A DNA stretch of 62,099 nt, taken from the NCBI GenBank assembly GCA_902625895.1, contig CACODD010000003.1, positions 1 to 62,099 on the forward strand, given 5' to 3'. This document shows, piece by piece, positions 16,942-25,901 of this stretch; the first letter of the stretch is position 1, and every line of letters begins with the position of its first letter. Made by a program: the position numbers and the translations under genes. The DNA is from an uncultured Alphaproteobacteria bacterium. GTDB lineage: Bacteria; Pseudomonadota; Alphaproteobacteria; Methylaequorales; Methylaequoraceae. The notes beneath the pieces were generated by a model, which was not told the DNA's origin, searched no databases, and worked only from the letters and a program-made list of their open reading frames with translations.

Positions 16942-18102
16942 TTAAACTACCTCACCACCGTCATTTGGGTCGTCTGGTGGCGGAGGTACATCGGCTGGCA
17001 TATCACCAGGCATTGGCCCAGGATCTCCAGGAGGAGGCCCTTCTGGACCTTGATGTGCTCCTGCATCGTCCATGTGAGTATGCATATCACCCATTCCATC
17101 TGGAGGAGGCATATCACCTGGACCACCAGGTCCGCCATCCATTGGCCCTGGTTGACCCATCGGATCACCTGGAGGCATATCACCTGGTGGCGGTCCACCA
17201 GCTGGCCCACCTTCACCAAATAATGGATCTGGCCCTTCACCACCAGGAGGTGGCGGAGGCATTCCGTCTCCATCCATATCCATGCCTGGAGGTGGTCCGT
17301 CAGGTCCCATTGTCCCTGGTCCCATATCAGGAGGAGGAGTTCCTGGTCCGAATTCTGGTCCACCTGCCATATCACCTGGAGGAGGTCCATCTGGTCCTGG
17401 CCCAAAACCGCCCTCTGGATTAGGTGGTTCTCCCATAGGAGGTCCCATTGGTTCTCCATCTGGTCCAAAAGCTGGCCCATCTGGTTGAGGTCCGCCTGCC
17501 ATATCACCTGGAGGAGGTCCGTCTGGTCCCATTCCGCCTGGTCCCATATCACCTGGAGGAGGTCCGTCTGGTCCCATTCCACCTGGTCCCATCTCACCTG
17601 GAGGAGGTCCATCTGGTCCCATTCCAGCTGGTCCCATATCAGTCATTGGTCCTGGTTCCCATGCACCTGGCATAGCACCAGGATCGAATTCTGGTCCACC
17701 TGGAAAATCACCATAAGGTGGTGCTCCATCCATCATTGGACCAAAATCCTCTGGTGGTGGAGGGAAATCGCCTGCCATGTCCATACAAGGCATATCACCG
17801 GGAAACTCTGCCATATGAAAATCTAACGCACCGCCAACAGCATCAAATGCATCCATTGGAGGTGAATCAGGATTTGCTGCCATATGAGCATCAAAAGCAC
17901 CCTGTGCAACGTCTGCGATATTATCCATCATTTCTTTTGGCATACCAGCATCCGCCATAAAATTCATTGCTGCTCCCATACCTTCTCCGAAGGCTGCACT
18001 AGGGTCAGCAGCGAAGTCAGCCGCTTGAAATGGACCCATAGCTGCATCGCCAGCGGCTTCAGCAAAAGCTTCCATTTCAGGTGGCAAAACAAATTCTGCC
18101 AT
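16942..18102 (-). CDS. Pro/Gly/Met/Asp-rich low-complexity protein (no signal peptide, no RTX repeats); possible T1SS cargo
   Basis: 386-aa ORF with AAGGA 8 nt upstream of the ATG. The N-terminal about 110 aa are non-repetitive. The rest is built from GPDGPPPGDMGPGGM-type repeats. A terminator follows immediately. Confidence 0.75.
   Translation of the reverse strand: MAEFVLPPEMEAFAEAAGDAAMGPFQAADFAADPSAAFGEGMGAAMNFMADAGMPKEMMDNIADVAQGAFDAHMAANPDSPPMDAFDAVGGALDFHMAEFPGDMPCMDMAGDFPPPPEDFGPMMDGAPPYGDFPGGPEFDPGAMPGAWEPGPMTDMGPAGMGPDGPPPGEMGPGGMGPDGPPPGDMGPGGMGPDGPPPGDMAGGPQPDGPAFGPDGEPMGPPMGEPPNPEGGFGPGPDGPPPGDMAGGPEFGPGTPPPDMGPGTMGPDGPPPGMDMDGDGMPPPPPGGEGPDPLFGEGGPAGGPPPGDMPPGDPMGQPGPMDGGPGGPGDMPPPDGMGDMHTHMDDAGAHQGPEGPPPGDPGPMPGDMPADVPPPPDDPNDGGEVV
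17495..17641 (-). repeat. About three tandem 45-bp units encoding GGMGPDGPPPGDMGP
   Basis: Units at 17495-17539, 17540-17584 and 17585-17629 are near-identical. A partial fourth follows, and dispersed copies occur elsewhere in the ORF. Confidence 0.85.
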
Positions 18103-18215
18103 AATAAATTCCTTTATTAAATTGTAAGATTAAATTGTGTTAATACTTTAAAAAGTCGATACAGTCTAGTTTAACAATATTTTATTTTTTTATTTTAAGC
18201 AAGCTTTAATTAATT

Positions 18216-19541
18216 TTACTTTTCAATTGTTTCGAAATTGAGAATTCCGCATAGTTTTAATAATTCGAAGGATGAAATAATAAGTTGATATTGTGCGTTC
18301 ACTAAATTTGATTCAGAATTTGTTAGTTCTTTTTGTGCATCTAAAATTTCTAATGTTGTTCTGGTACCAACACTTGCTTCTTTAGTTACTCCCTCAACTG
18401 CCATTAAATTTGACTCAACCGAAACCTCAAGAGAATCTATACTTGATTTTGAACTTTCTATTTTCTTCCATGCCGAATTAATTTGAAATTGTAAGTCAAG
18501 TTTTTTTGTCTCAATTGATTTAATGACGGTGAGAGCAGAATCTTTGGATTTTTCTAAATTCAAAAAATTATGTCCTTTGTTAAATAATGGAACTGTAACA
18601 TTTGCAGTTACTGAGAATGAATCTGTTCTTTCAACCGTTCTTGAGGAATCAAGTGATTTTCCTACTGAACCAGACAAAGAAAATTCTGGTGCAAAATTTA
18701 AATTATTTTTTCTTACATCCAATTTTGAGTTCATAAGTTGTAATTTTAATTTTCTATAATCTGGGTTCTTTTCTAAGCCTGTTTTTATTGAATCGTCCAA
18801 AGATTTTGGAAGTTTTGGTATTTGACCAAATTTTAACCAATCTTTTGGATTGGCGTCGACAATTTGGGCATTATTGGAATCAAACCATTTAATATCCGGA
18901 TCTCTTCCGACAATTGTTTTAAAATCAGAAATTGAAATTTCTAAGTTATTTTCAGCCTCTATTCTCTTTGAAGTAGCACCTGCTAATCTTGCTTTAGCCT
19001 GAAAAACGTCAGTTTTAGTAACATCTTTAAATTCGAATCGCTTTTCTGCAGCATTTAGTTTTTTTTCAAGAGTTTCTTCGTTCCTTTTTGAAACATCTAA
19101 AAGAAAATAATCCTTTAGAACAGTATAATAGGCTTTACTAGCTTTAAATAAAACATCTTGGACTGTTGCGTAAAAGGTTAACTTTGCGATGTTCACGTTA
19201 TTTTTAGCTTGCTTGAAATTTATAGCCTTTGTGTAACCTAAAGGTTGAGATAAATCTAAGTCGAACGTAGTTGGGTTGATAGCGCTATCATTAATTCGAG
19301 ATGTATCAGGGTTGCTTTTTGAAATTTTCCTTCCTTGTGATGCAGATAAATCAAGAGATGGTAGAAAATCTGTTTTTGAAATTTTTAAATCTTTTTCTGA
19401 AATTTTCAGTTCTGTTTTACTTTTTTCAATGTCGGGATAAAACTTATATGCATCTTTTAAAACATCGGAGAGTTCTTCAGAAATTGAAATAATAGGAAAA
19501 AATATTGATGCTAAGATAGCCAGATTAAGTTTGGATTTCAC
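18216..19541 (-). CDS. tolC: TolC-family outer membrane efflux/secretion protein
   Basis: Signal peptide, two-repeat architecture, typical N-terminal L.D.L..AY..YPDI and LPSLDLSAS motifs, 441 aa. Confidence 0.85.
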   Translation of the reverse strand: MKSKLNLAILASIFFPIISISEELSDVLKDAYKFYPDIEKSKTELKISEKDLKISKTDFLPSLDLSASQGRKISKSNPDTSRINDSAINPTTFDLDLSQPLGYTKAINFKQAKNNVNIAKLTFYATVQDVLFKASKAYYTVLKDYFLLDVSKRNEETLEKKLNAAEKRFEFKDVTKTDVFQAKARLAGATSKRIEAENNLEISISDFKTIVGRDPDIKWFDSNNAQIVDANPKDWLKFGQIPKLPKSLDDSIKTGLEKNPDYRKLKLQLMNSKLDVRKNNLNFAPEFSLSGSVGKSLDSSRTVERTDSFSVTANVTVPLFNKGHNFLNLEKSKDSALTVIKSIETKKLDLQFQINSAWKKIESSKSSIDSLEVSVESNLMAVEGVTKEASVGTRTTLEILDAQKELTNSESNLVNAQYQLIISSFELLKLCGILNFETIEK

Positions 19542-19667
19542 TTTTAAATTTCCATTTCCTCAAATTTATTTAATATTAAAGTAACTTCGAATTAACAACA
19601 ACATTTAAAACAAAAATTTAAATTTTTCGCTTTTAATTCACCAATTCATATATTATAAGCAGATTAT

Positions 19668-19744
<77 letters not shown>

Positions 19745-19790
19745 TAAAGTTTTTGGAAAGCATTAATATTGACCTTTATGGGAGAAAGTT

Positions 19791-20399
19791 ATGTTTAAAA
19801 ATTATTTTGTTGCAATTTTTATCAATGTAATTGGATTTTCCGCTTCTGCAAACGATTATTTTAAAGCTCTAGAGCTTTTTAATAAAAAAATGATAGAACA
19901 AGCTATAATTCACTTTAAGAAAGTTGCTGAAGATGAAAATAATGAAAAAAGAAGTGATGCTATGTTTAATATTGCTTTGATTTATGACAATGGTTTTGGG
20001 ATACAAACTGATAAAACTAGAGCACTTTATTATTACGAATCAGCTTCACAACTATCAAATAAGTATGCTTTATTTAATTTAGGTTGGATGTACTATAATG
20101 GAGAAAACGTTAACAAAGACGTTTTCAAAGCATTCGAATTATATAAAATGTCTTCAGACTTCGGTCATCCGAGAGCTATGTATAATTTAGCTAATATGCA
20201 TTTTACAGGAACGGGAACTGTTAAAGATTTAAAAATGGCTTATAAATTATTTTTGAAATCTAAGATGCATGGAATCAAAGAAAGTGAATATTTTATTGAA
20301 CAAATTGCAATTTCTTTAAAACCTGAGGAGTTAACTCTACTTAATAAAGAGTTTGAATCATTGATAGAAAAAAAGATTGTTTTACCTCCTATAAATTAA
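19791..20399 (+). CDS. Sel1-repeat (TPR-like) secreted protein
   Basis: Signal peptide plus repeated A...Y..ga..G...A.fnLg.mY..G motifs (NIALIYDNGFG, NLGWMYYNGENV, NLANMHFTGTG). Confidence 0.8.
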   Translation: MFKNYFVAIFINVIGFSASANDYFKALELFNKKMIEQAIIHFKKVAEDENNEKRSDAMFNIALIYDNGFGIQTDKTRALYYYESASQLSNKYALFNLGWMYYNGENVNKDVFKAFELYKMSSDFGHPRAMYNLANMHFTGTGTVKDLKMAYKLFLKSKMHGIKESEYFIEQIAISLKPEELTLLNKEFESLIEKKIVLPPIN

Positions 20400-20645
20400 A
20401 TATATATCTTACTAATACTAATATTAAGTAAAATGAAATTAGGAAGCATAGAATAACTTTTGAAAACTTATTTTTTTTAAACTTTAAAAAAAATTTGTAA
20501 GTCAGGTATGTATCAATAATTGCAAGTATAAATGCCAAAAAGTAGATATTCATTTAATAAATAAACTATATTATTAAAATAAATTTTTATAAATATAGTT
20601 TTTTGTTATATTTAAACTAATTCCTCCCCAATATAAATCATATTA

Positions 20646-20667
20646 AGGCGCTTTTCTAAAAGCGCCT
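20646..20667. terminator. Hairpin (aggcgctt-ttctaa-aagcgcct) overlapping the stop codon of the minus-strand ORF; T-rich tail on the plus strand
   Basis: 8-11 bp GC-containing stem in an otherwise AT-rich spacer, followed by tttttattttc. Confidence 0.45.
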
Positions 20668-20988
20668 TTTTATTTTCTCACAGTCATAACGTTTAATATA
20701 TTGATCTTTGTATGTTATCCATTTGTTCGTAGAAATATTGAAGGTACTTCTAGTATTAAAAATATTATTATTAAAAACAATTTCATTTCTGCCAAATAAA
20801 ACCACATTATCAAAAACTCCGCCCGAATAATTTACTATAGTCTGATCTTTAAAGTTAACAATTTTTGAAAAATCTCTACTCAATCCTATGTCTAAGGAGG
20901 AGTTTATTTCTGAACATACAAGTTTAAAGTCTTGGCTTATTAAAGACTTGTTAAATAATAAAATTATAATTGTCAAAATTCTAATCAT
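20656..20988 (-). CDS. Small secreted hypothetical protein (two-Cys)
   Basis: 110-aa ORF with an N-terminal signal-like segment. I recognise no family. Confidence 0.5.
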   Translation of the reverse strand: MIRILTIIILLFNKSLISQDFKLVCSEINSSLDIGLSRDFSKIVNFKDQTIVNYSGGVFDNVVLFGRNEIVFNNNIFNTRSTFNISTNKWITYKDQYIKRYDCEKIKRRF

Positions 20989-21000
20989 ATTTAAATAATT

Positions 21001-21077
<77 letters not shown>

Positions 21078-21142
21078 CCTGTAAGACTATTTATACATAA
21101 AGATACTAGAGATTGAAATATTTCTTTTTTTTACTTTATTAT

Positions 21143-22024
21143 TTAAAATGTAAATACTTTTTTTAATTTTTTTTTGATTATATCAAATTTTCTTTTAATT
21201 TCTTTAGTGTACGGAGATTTCATAACATTATCATTCAACAAACATTCGTACATTTTTTCAGTCAGAGAATCAGAGCGGTTTGGACGAATAATATTTAAAT
21301 AATTAATTTTTTTTTTTATTTGATTTAATTTTTTCTTTACATCTATTTTTTTTAAATTTTTGTAAGACTCTAACACTTCATCACACCACAAAAACTTAAG
21401 TTCATAACGTGAGTTAATTTTACTGTAAGTTAAAATTTTTGGTTTTTCTAACTTACTTGAATCAAATCTGGACAGTTTATTATTAATTTGATCGATATAA
21501 TCTAAAGAATTTTCAATATATTTTAATGCATTTTTTTTTTCACGATTATATTTCTGTTCGATTTTTCTCGTGTCTTTTCCGATCACATTATTGAAAGGAT
21601 CATAAAAATTTATTTCTATACTATCTTTAAATTTTATTTTTTTTTGCTTTAAGTTATTTTCTTTTGCACTCAAATTGAAACACTTAATTATATCTGGGTG
21701 AGAGAGGTCAGGTTTTATAACTGAAATTTTTGAATAAAAATTCTTCATCGCCATTAACACATTTAAAACTTCTTTTTTTTCTATATTTTTTTGAGATCTT
21801 ATAATTTTCTTTGACCATTTCAGGTGAACATTAAAGTGATTTAACATAAAATTTGAAGTTTCCCAATGATTAGACTTTTTCTTTTTAGAAAATATCTGGT
21901 AAAAAAAAAATTTTTCTTGGAATTCATTCCATTCTTCAATAGAGATTTGAATATCCTTTAATGCTTGTTCTTTGTATGGTTTTAAAAAATTACTTTTTTT
22001 TTGATTTTGAAGAACGTTTGTCAT
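21143..22024 (-). CDS. Lys-rich hypothetical protein
   Basis: 293-aa ORF with no recognisable motifs. Confidence 0.5.
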   Translation of the reverse strand: MTNVLQNQKKSNFLKPYKEQALKDIQISIEEWNEFQEKFFFYQIFSKKKKSNHWETSNFMLNHFNVHLKWSKKIIRSQKNIEKKEVLNVLMAMKNFYSKISVIKPDLSHPDIIKCFNLSAKENNLKQKKIKFKDSIEINFYDPFNNVIGKDTRKIEQKYNREKKNALKYIENSLDYIDQINNKLSRFDSSKLEKPKILTYSKINSRYELKFLWCDEVLESYKNLKKIDVKKKLNQIKKKINYLNIIRPNRSDSLTEKMYECLLNDNVMKSPYTKEIKRKFDIIKKKLKKVFTF

Positions 22025-22310
22025 TTTTTTTTCTCATTATAAAGACTGGAAATAATGTTATAAACGAAATTACAAGTGAAGCTATTAAAATAACAATCAT
22101 CCAGTATGTGGTTGCGATTTTTTCACAAAGATCTTTATTAGGTAAAGAGAACTCTTCGTTACATTTTTCGTAGTTATTGAATAGGTGAGGAATAAGTTGT
22201 GTATCTGAAAAGTAAATTATTTTAATTAAGTATACAAAAGAAATTAAAAAAAGCGCTAGAAAAATAAGGCCTATCACGCATAGAAGGAGTCTCAGAAGGA
22301 AAAAAATCAT
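21990..22310 (-). CDS. Small membrane protein, hypothetical
   Basis: 106 aa with two hydrophobic segments. It overlaps the next ORF by 35 nt. Confidence 0.4.
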   Translation of the reverse strand: MIFFLLRLLLCVIGLIFLALFLISFVYLIKIIYFSDTQLIPHLFNNYEKCNEEFSLPNKDLCEKIATTYWMIVILIASLVISFITLFPVFIMRKKNDKRSSKSKKK

Positions 22311-22333
22311 CTTTTTTTATTATGAATATGTTT

Positions 22334-22939
22334 CTAATTTTTGATTTTATATTCTAATTCATTGACATGTCTTTGAAATTTATCTTTAAGTGTTTTGTGA
22401 TTTTTTAAGAATTTTTTTAATTTATTACAAAGTGTTTTGTAGTACCACAAGATATCATTTGTTGTTTGTATATGATTTTTCCATAATTTTTTTCCAATTT
22501 TATTATGGTCGTTTATCATACAGCTAACGCTATGAAGTTTATCACATAAAATTACAAATAAAGAAGATTGAGATTTTTTCTGAATTGTTTCCAAATATTC
22601 TTTTTTTTTTTCAAGCCATTGATGATTCTGGTTATCCAAATCCTCGCAATCAGAACATTGTTTTACTATATTGAAAACTTTAATACCAAATTTTTTTTTT
22701 ATTAAATTTGACTTTTTATTTATATCTTCTAACTCAAAATAATCGTGAATTAATGCTGCAATTGCCTCATCAGTATTTCCGTTATTTTCTATGATTAAAT
22801 TACTAACAGATGATAAATAGTTAAAATATGGAAATTTTATACCTTTTCTGTATTTATGCCTATAAAAGTTATATGAAAAGTCTAATGCTCTTTTATACTG
22901 TATTAAGTCTAATTTCCTCATGTTATAATTAAATATCAA
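22334..22939 (-). CDS. HD-domain protein related to SpoT/RelA-type (p)ppGpp hydrolase domains (small alarmone hydrolase-like)
   Basis: AIAALIHDYFE (HD) and LCDKLHSV motifs are spaced as in the SpoT hydrolase fold. The upstream PY..H position reads FPYFNYL, so the His is not conserved. Confidence 0.5.
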   Translation of the reverse strand: MIFNYNMRKLDLIQYKRALDFSYNFYRHKYRKGIKFPYFNYLSSVSNLIIENNGNTDEAIAALIHDYFELEDINKKSNLIKKKFGIKVFNIVKQCSDCEDLDNQNHQWLEKKKEYLETIQKKSQSSLFVILCDKLHSVSCMINDHNKIGKKLWKNHIQTTNDILWYYKTLCNKLKKFLKNHKTLKDKFQRHVNELEYKIKN

Positions 22940-22990
22940 AAAGATTATAATTTAATGTTCAGAAGAGTAATATCAGTATTGGAAATCTTT

Positions 22991-24007
22991 TTAAATGTTT
23001 TTGTAAAAATTATTTAAAGTTTCAACGTGTGTTACAGCTGCTTTTGCAGAACCCTCTAGATTGTACCCTCCCTCTAAAATTGACAGAAGTCTTCCATTGC
23101 AATGGTTTTCGGCTATTTGCAGCGCAATTGTTGTAAGTGTTTTAAATCCTTTATCTGAAATGTCAAAGCAACCAAGAGGGTCATCTTTTCTACTATCAAA
23201 TCCAGCCGATATTAAAATAAAATCAGGTTTAAAAATATTTGCTCTCTTTACTAAAATATTTTCATAAGTACTTATAATTTTTTTATCAGTTGTACCGCAA
23301 GGAAGGTGAATATTAACATTAAACCCTTTACCTTTTCCACTTCCTGTTCTGTCAGGTGATCCAGTTCTAGGATAGGCGTTTGCATCATGAGTTGAAAAGA
23401 AAAGAACTGAAGGATCATTATAAAAGAATAATTCTGTCGAATTTCCATGATGATAGTCCCAATCAATGATAAGGATCTTCCTTAATTTATATTTACTTTG
23501 TATATATTTAGCTGATATTGCAATATGATTATAAAAACAAAATCCTTCGTGTTTACCAGTATTTAGGGCATGATGACCAGGTGGACGCACTGCACAAAAA
23601 ATATTTTTATGCTTGTTTTTCATAATTTCGTCGATACCTTGCAAACAACCTTTAACTGCGGTTAGTGATGATTTCTCACCAATTGGATACTTACTCTTTA
23701 AAGACTTAATATGATAATTTGAATGGATAGTCTTTACCCAATTTTTTTCTTTTGTTTTTAGATTGATTTCACGAATCAAAATTCCCAACTTTTTCTTTTT
23801 TAGTAATTTTATTAATTCTATAATTCTTTCTGGTTTCTCTGGATGATCAATTGAGATTAAATGATTTAGTACAATATCGTGCGTCAAAACTCCTGTTTGA
23901 TTCCGTTTGTTAAAATTTGCAAATAGACTATTGAAAAACTTTATTTTAAAAAAGAAAAAAAAAATAGTAAAACAAGAAAACAGCAAAAATTTTCTTTTTT
24001 TTTTCAT
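22991..24007 (-). CDS. Histone deacetylase-family amidohydrolase (acetylpolyamine/acetoin-utilisation type)
   Basis: Motifs RPPGHHA, IIDWDYHHGNST, ISAGFD and LEGGYN are present. The N-terminal 30 aa are hydrophobic, which is an unusual membrane-anchor or signal-like feature. Confidence 0.85.
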   Translation of the reverse strand: MKKKRKFLLFSCFTIFFFFFKIKFFNSLFANFNKRNQTGVLTHDIVLNHLISIDHPEKPERIIELIKLLKKKKLGILIREINLKTKEKNWVKTIHSNYHIKSLKSKYPIGEKSSLTAVKGCLQGIDEIMKNKHKNIFCAVRPPGHHALNTGKHEGFCFYNHIAISAKYIQSKYKLRKILIIDWDYHHGNSTELFFYNDPSVLFFSTHDANAYPRTGSPDRTGSGKGKGFNVNIHLPCGTTDKKIISTYENILVKRANIFKPDFILISAGFDSRKDDPLGCFDISDKGFKTLTTIALQIAENHCNGRLLSILEGGYNLEGSAKAAVTHVETLNNFYKNI

Positions 24008-24013
24008 TTAAAA

Positions 24014-24610
24014 TTATCTCTTTAATTGAAATATTGATTCATAAGTAGTTTCGTAGATTCTTTCTATTAAATTTTCAAGGGCTTTTTGTCCTGATTTAAC
24101 TGCACCACTCTGTAAATTACAATTAAGAAAAATATTCTTTTCCCAATTCATACTTGAAGAAATGTCATTTGTGACGCTTTTTGAGGAATTTGAGACCTGA
24201 ATTTTGATATCTAATGTAATTTGGTACATCCCAGTATTTCTGATTGTTTCAAATTTTGAGTTTCCTTTAAAATCATAAAAAGAAATTTGAGAAACAAAAC
24301 CACTTCTTTCTATTTTTTCTTTTTCTAATTTTTGATCAACTATTTCAAAATCTTTGAACATCTTATAAACTAAATTTTCAATTGATTTCTTGATTGGTTT
24401 CTCAAAGTTTAATTTTACTGCCCAGGATTCACAGTCTTCAGATTTAATTAGATTAATTTGGTTGAAGTTTTCTTTAGAAATAAAGATTGCATGCTTTCCC
24501 TCTATTTTTGCTGTAGGAGGAGGAGAAACATCCGAGATATTTGATTTATCAAAATTTTTAGCGCAACCTAGAATAAGAAAAAATGAACATATAAAAAAAA
24601 TTTTTTTCAC
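24014..24610 (-). CDS. Lipoprotein, hypothetical
   Basis: Lipobox FLILGC at residues 10-16. Confidence 0.6.
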   Translation of the reverse strand: MKKIFFICSFFLILGCAKNFDKSNISDVSPPPTAKIEGKHAIFISKENFNQINLIKSEDCESWAVKLNFEKPIKKSIENLVYKMFKDFEIVDQKLEKEKIERSGFVSQISFYDFKGNSKFETIRNTGMYQITLDIKIQVSNSSKSVTNDISSSMNWEKNIFLNCNLQSGAVKSGQKALENLIERIYETTYESIFQLKR

Positions 24611-24656
24611 AATATTTAGATTACAATAATTAAAAACATTATTAAAACGAAAATTT

Positions 24657-24690
24657 AAATACGTAGGACTTGAAATTTGCCTACGTATTT
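24657..24690 (-). terminator. Perfect 11-bp hairpin (aaatacgtagg / cctacgtattt) with a T-rich tail on the minus strand
   Basis: Read directly from the sequence. It lies downstream of a candidate small minus-strand ORF (24706-24870). Confidence 0.45.
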
Positions 24691-24989
24691 AAGAAGAATA
24701 AAGTTTTACTTCTTTGAATATTTATATCCCCATCTGTTTTCAGATGCGTCCCAAACTCTGTTTGTTTCTTTTGGTATTTTTACAAAAAAGTTGTTAAACT
24801 TTATTATATTATTGGTTAATAACATACTGTTCACTCCATTAAAGTTAATTAGCATGTACTTTTGACGCATGTACTATGCGCCACTTTTAAACCATGTGGA
24901 TGGTATTATTAATATACAAATATTTTAGCAAATTACAACAATTAATAAATATTTGATGAATTTCATAAATTGATAGCTTTAAAATATTC

Positions 24990-25424
24990 ATGTTTCAGTT
25001 TTATACTTTTAAAAGAGTTTACAGAGGTGTTGAATATCCACAAGAGAACTATATTCTATTAATCATGATTTTGTTTTTTCTGATATCTTTTTTTTCTATA
25101 CCGGTATATGCAGGTGAAATTGACGGGAAAGGTATAATTTGTGATGTATATGGAGATACTGTGGGATATTTCTTTGAAAGTGACAGAGCTTTTGAATATA
25201 AGATCGCTGGAGGAGATAAAGGGTTAGAGGTTGTAAAAAAAGATGTGGGAAAATATTATACAAATGAAAATTCAATTTTCATAAATGAAATTAAAATTAA
25301 TAGAAAAGATTTAAAATATCAAAAATTCTCTTCATTTAGAGGTGACTGTAAGCCTTATGACAATTTTAATTCCTTCAAAGAGGGATTTAATATAGAAAAA
25401 CTTATTGAGGACAACAAAATTTAA
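24990..25424 (+). CDS. Small secreted hypothetical protein (paralog of 28566-29036)
   Basis: A signal-like segment ends in PVYAGE. An alternative start at 25065 is possible. It shares GKG[IL].C, FFESD/YFESD, R[KR]DL and C-terminal NKI with ORF 28566. Confidence 0.6.
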   Translation: MFQFYTFKRVYRGVEYPQENYILLIMILFFLISFFSIPVYAGEIDGKGIICDVYGDTVGYFFESDRAFEYKIAGGDKGLEVVKKDVGKYYTNENSIFINEIKINRKDLKYQKFSSFRGDCKPYDNFNSFKEGFNIEKLIEDNKI

Positions 25425-25841
25425 ATGAAAAGTTTCAATCTAACCTATGCAGCATTTTTATTTCCAGCTATTCCTTTGATGATGCTTACCTTTGGAAATA
25501 GGTGGATTGCAATTAGCAAGCTAATTAGACAAATGCATAAGGATTTAATTGATAAACGAAAACAACAAAGTAAATCAGCACCTAAATATTTGGTTCAAAT
25601 TAAAATTTTAAGTTTGAGACTTAAATATGTAAAATATATGCAATTATTTTCAGGAATAGCTTTTATCATTAACCTTTTGACAATTTTCTTTGGAATGATT
25701 GGAAGCATAATTGCGCCTTATTTGTTTGCATTAGCTTTATTAATTTTTTCAACTGCTTTGTTTATTTTTCTTATTGAAATTAATTTAAGTAGCCGTGCTC
25801 TTAAAACACACCTTGAAGATTTAGAAGAAAAAAAAAAATAA
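25425..25841 (+). CDS. Membrane protein, DUF2721-like
   Basis: 138 aa. FPAIPLMMLTFGNRWIAISKLIRQMHKDL plus two C-terminal TM segments resemble the DUF2721 layout. The start abuts the previous stop codon. Confidence 0.5.
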   Translation: MKSFNLTYAAFLFPAIPLMMLTFGNRWIAISKLIRQMHKDLIDKRKQQSKSAPKYLVQIKILSLRLKYVKYMQLFSGIAFIINLLTIFFGMIGSIIAPYLFALALLIFSTALFIFLIEINLSSRALKTHLEDLEEKKK

Positions 25842-25901
25842 TTTTTAATACACTTGTTAATTTTATCTTGTGTTTTTTTTTTTTAATATTAAAAAACTAA
25901 T

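Noticed and set aside
16942-18102. A high-GC patch as evidence of recent horizontal transfer.
   Set aside because: The GC excess is explained by amino-acid composition, since Gly, Pro and Ala codons are GC-rich. Flanking genes of the same operon have the normal AT-rich composition.
16947-18120. Six alternative ORFs (both strands) over the P/G/M/D-rich gene, some also G/P-rich.
   Set aside because: This is the same compositional artefact. Only the 386-aa minus-strand frame spans the whole region, has an SD and ATG, has a non-repetitive N-terminus and is followed by a terminator.
24677-24865. 62-aa plus-strand ORF.
   Set aside because: It begins inside the terminator hairpin and has no start signals. 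The minus-strand reading plus the terminator is more coherent, though still unproven.
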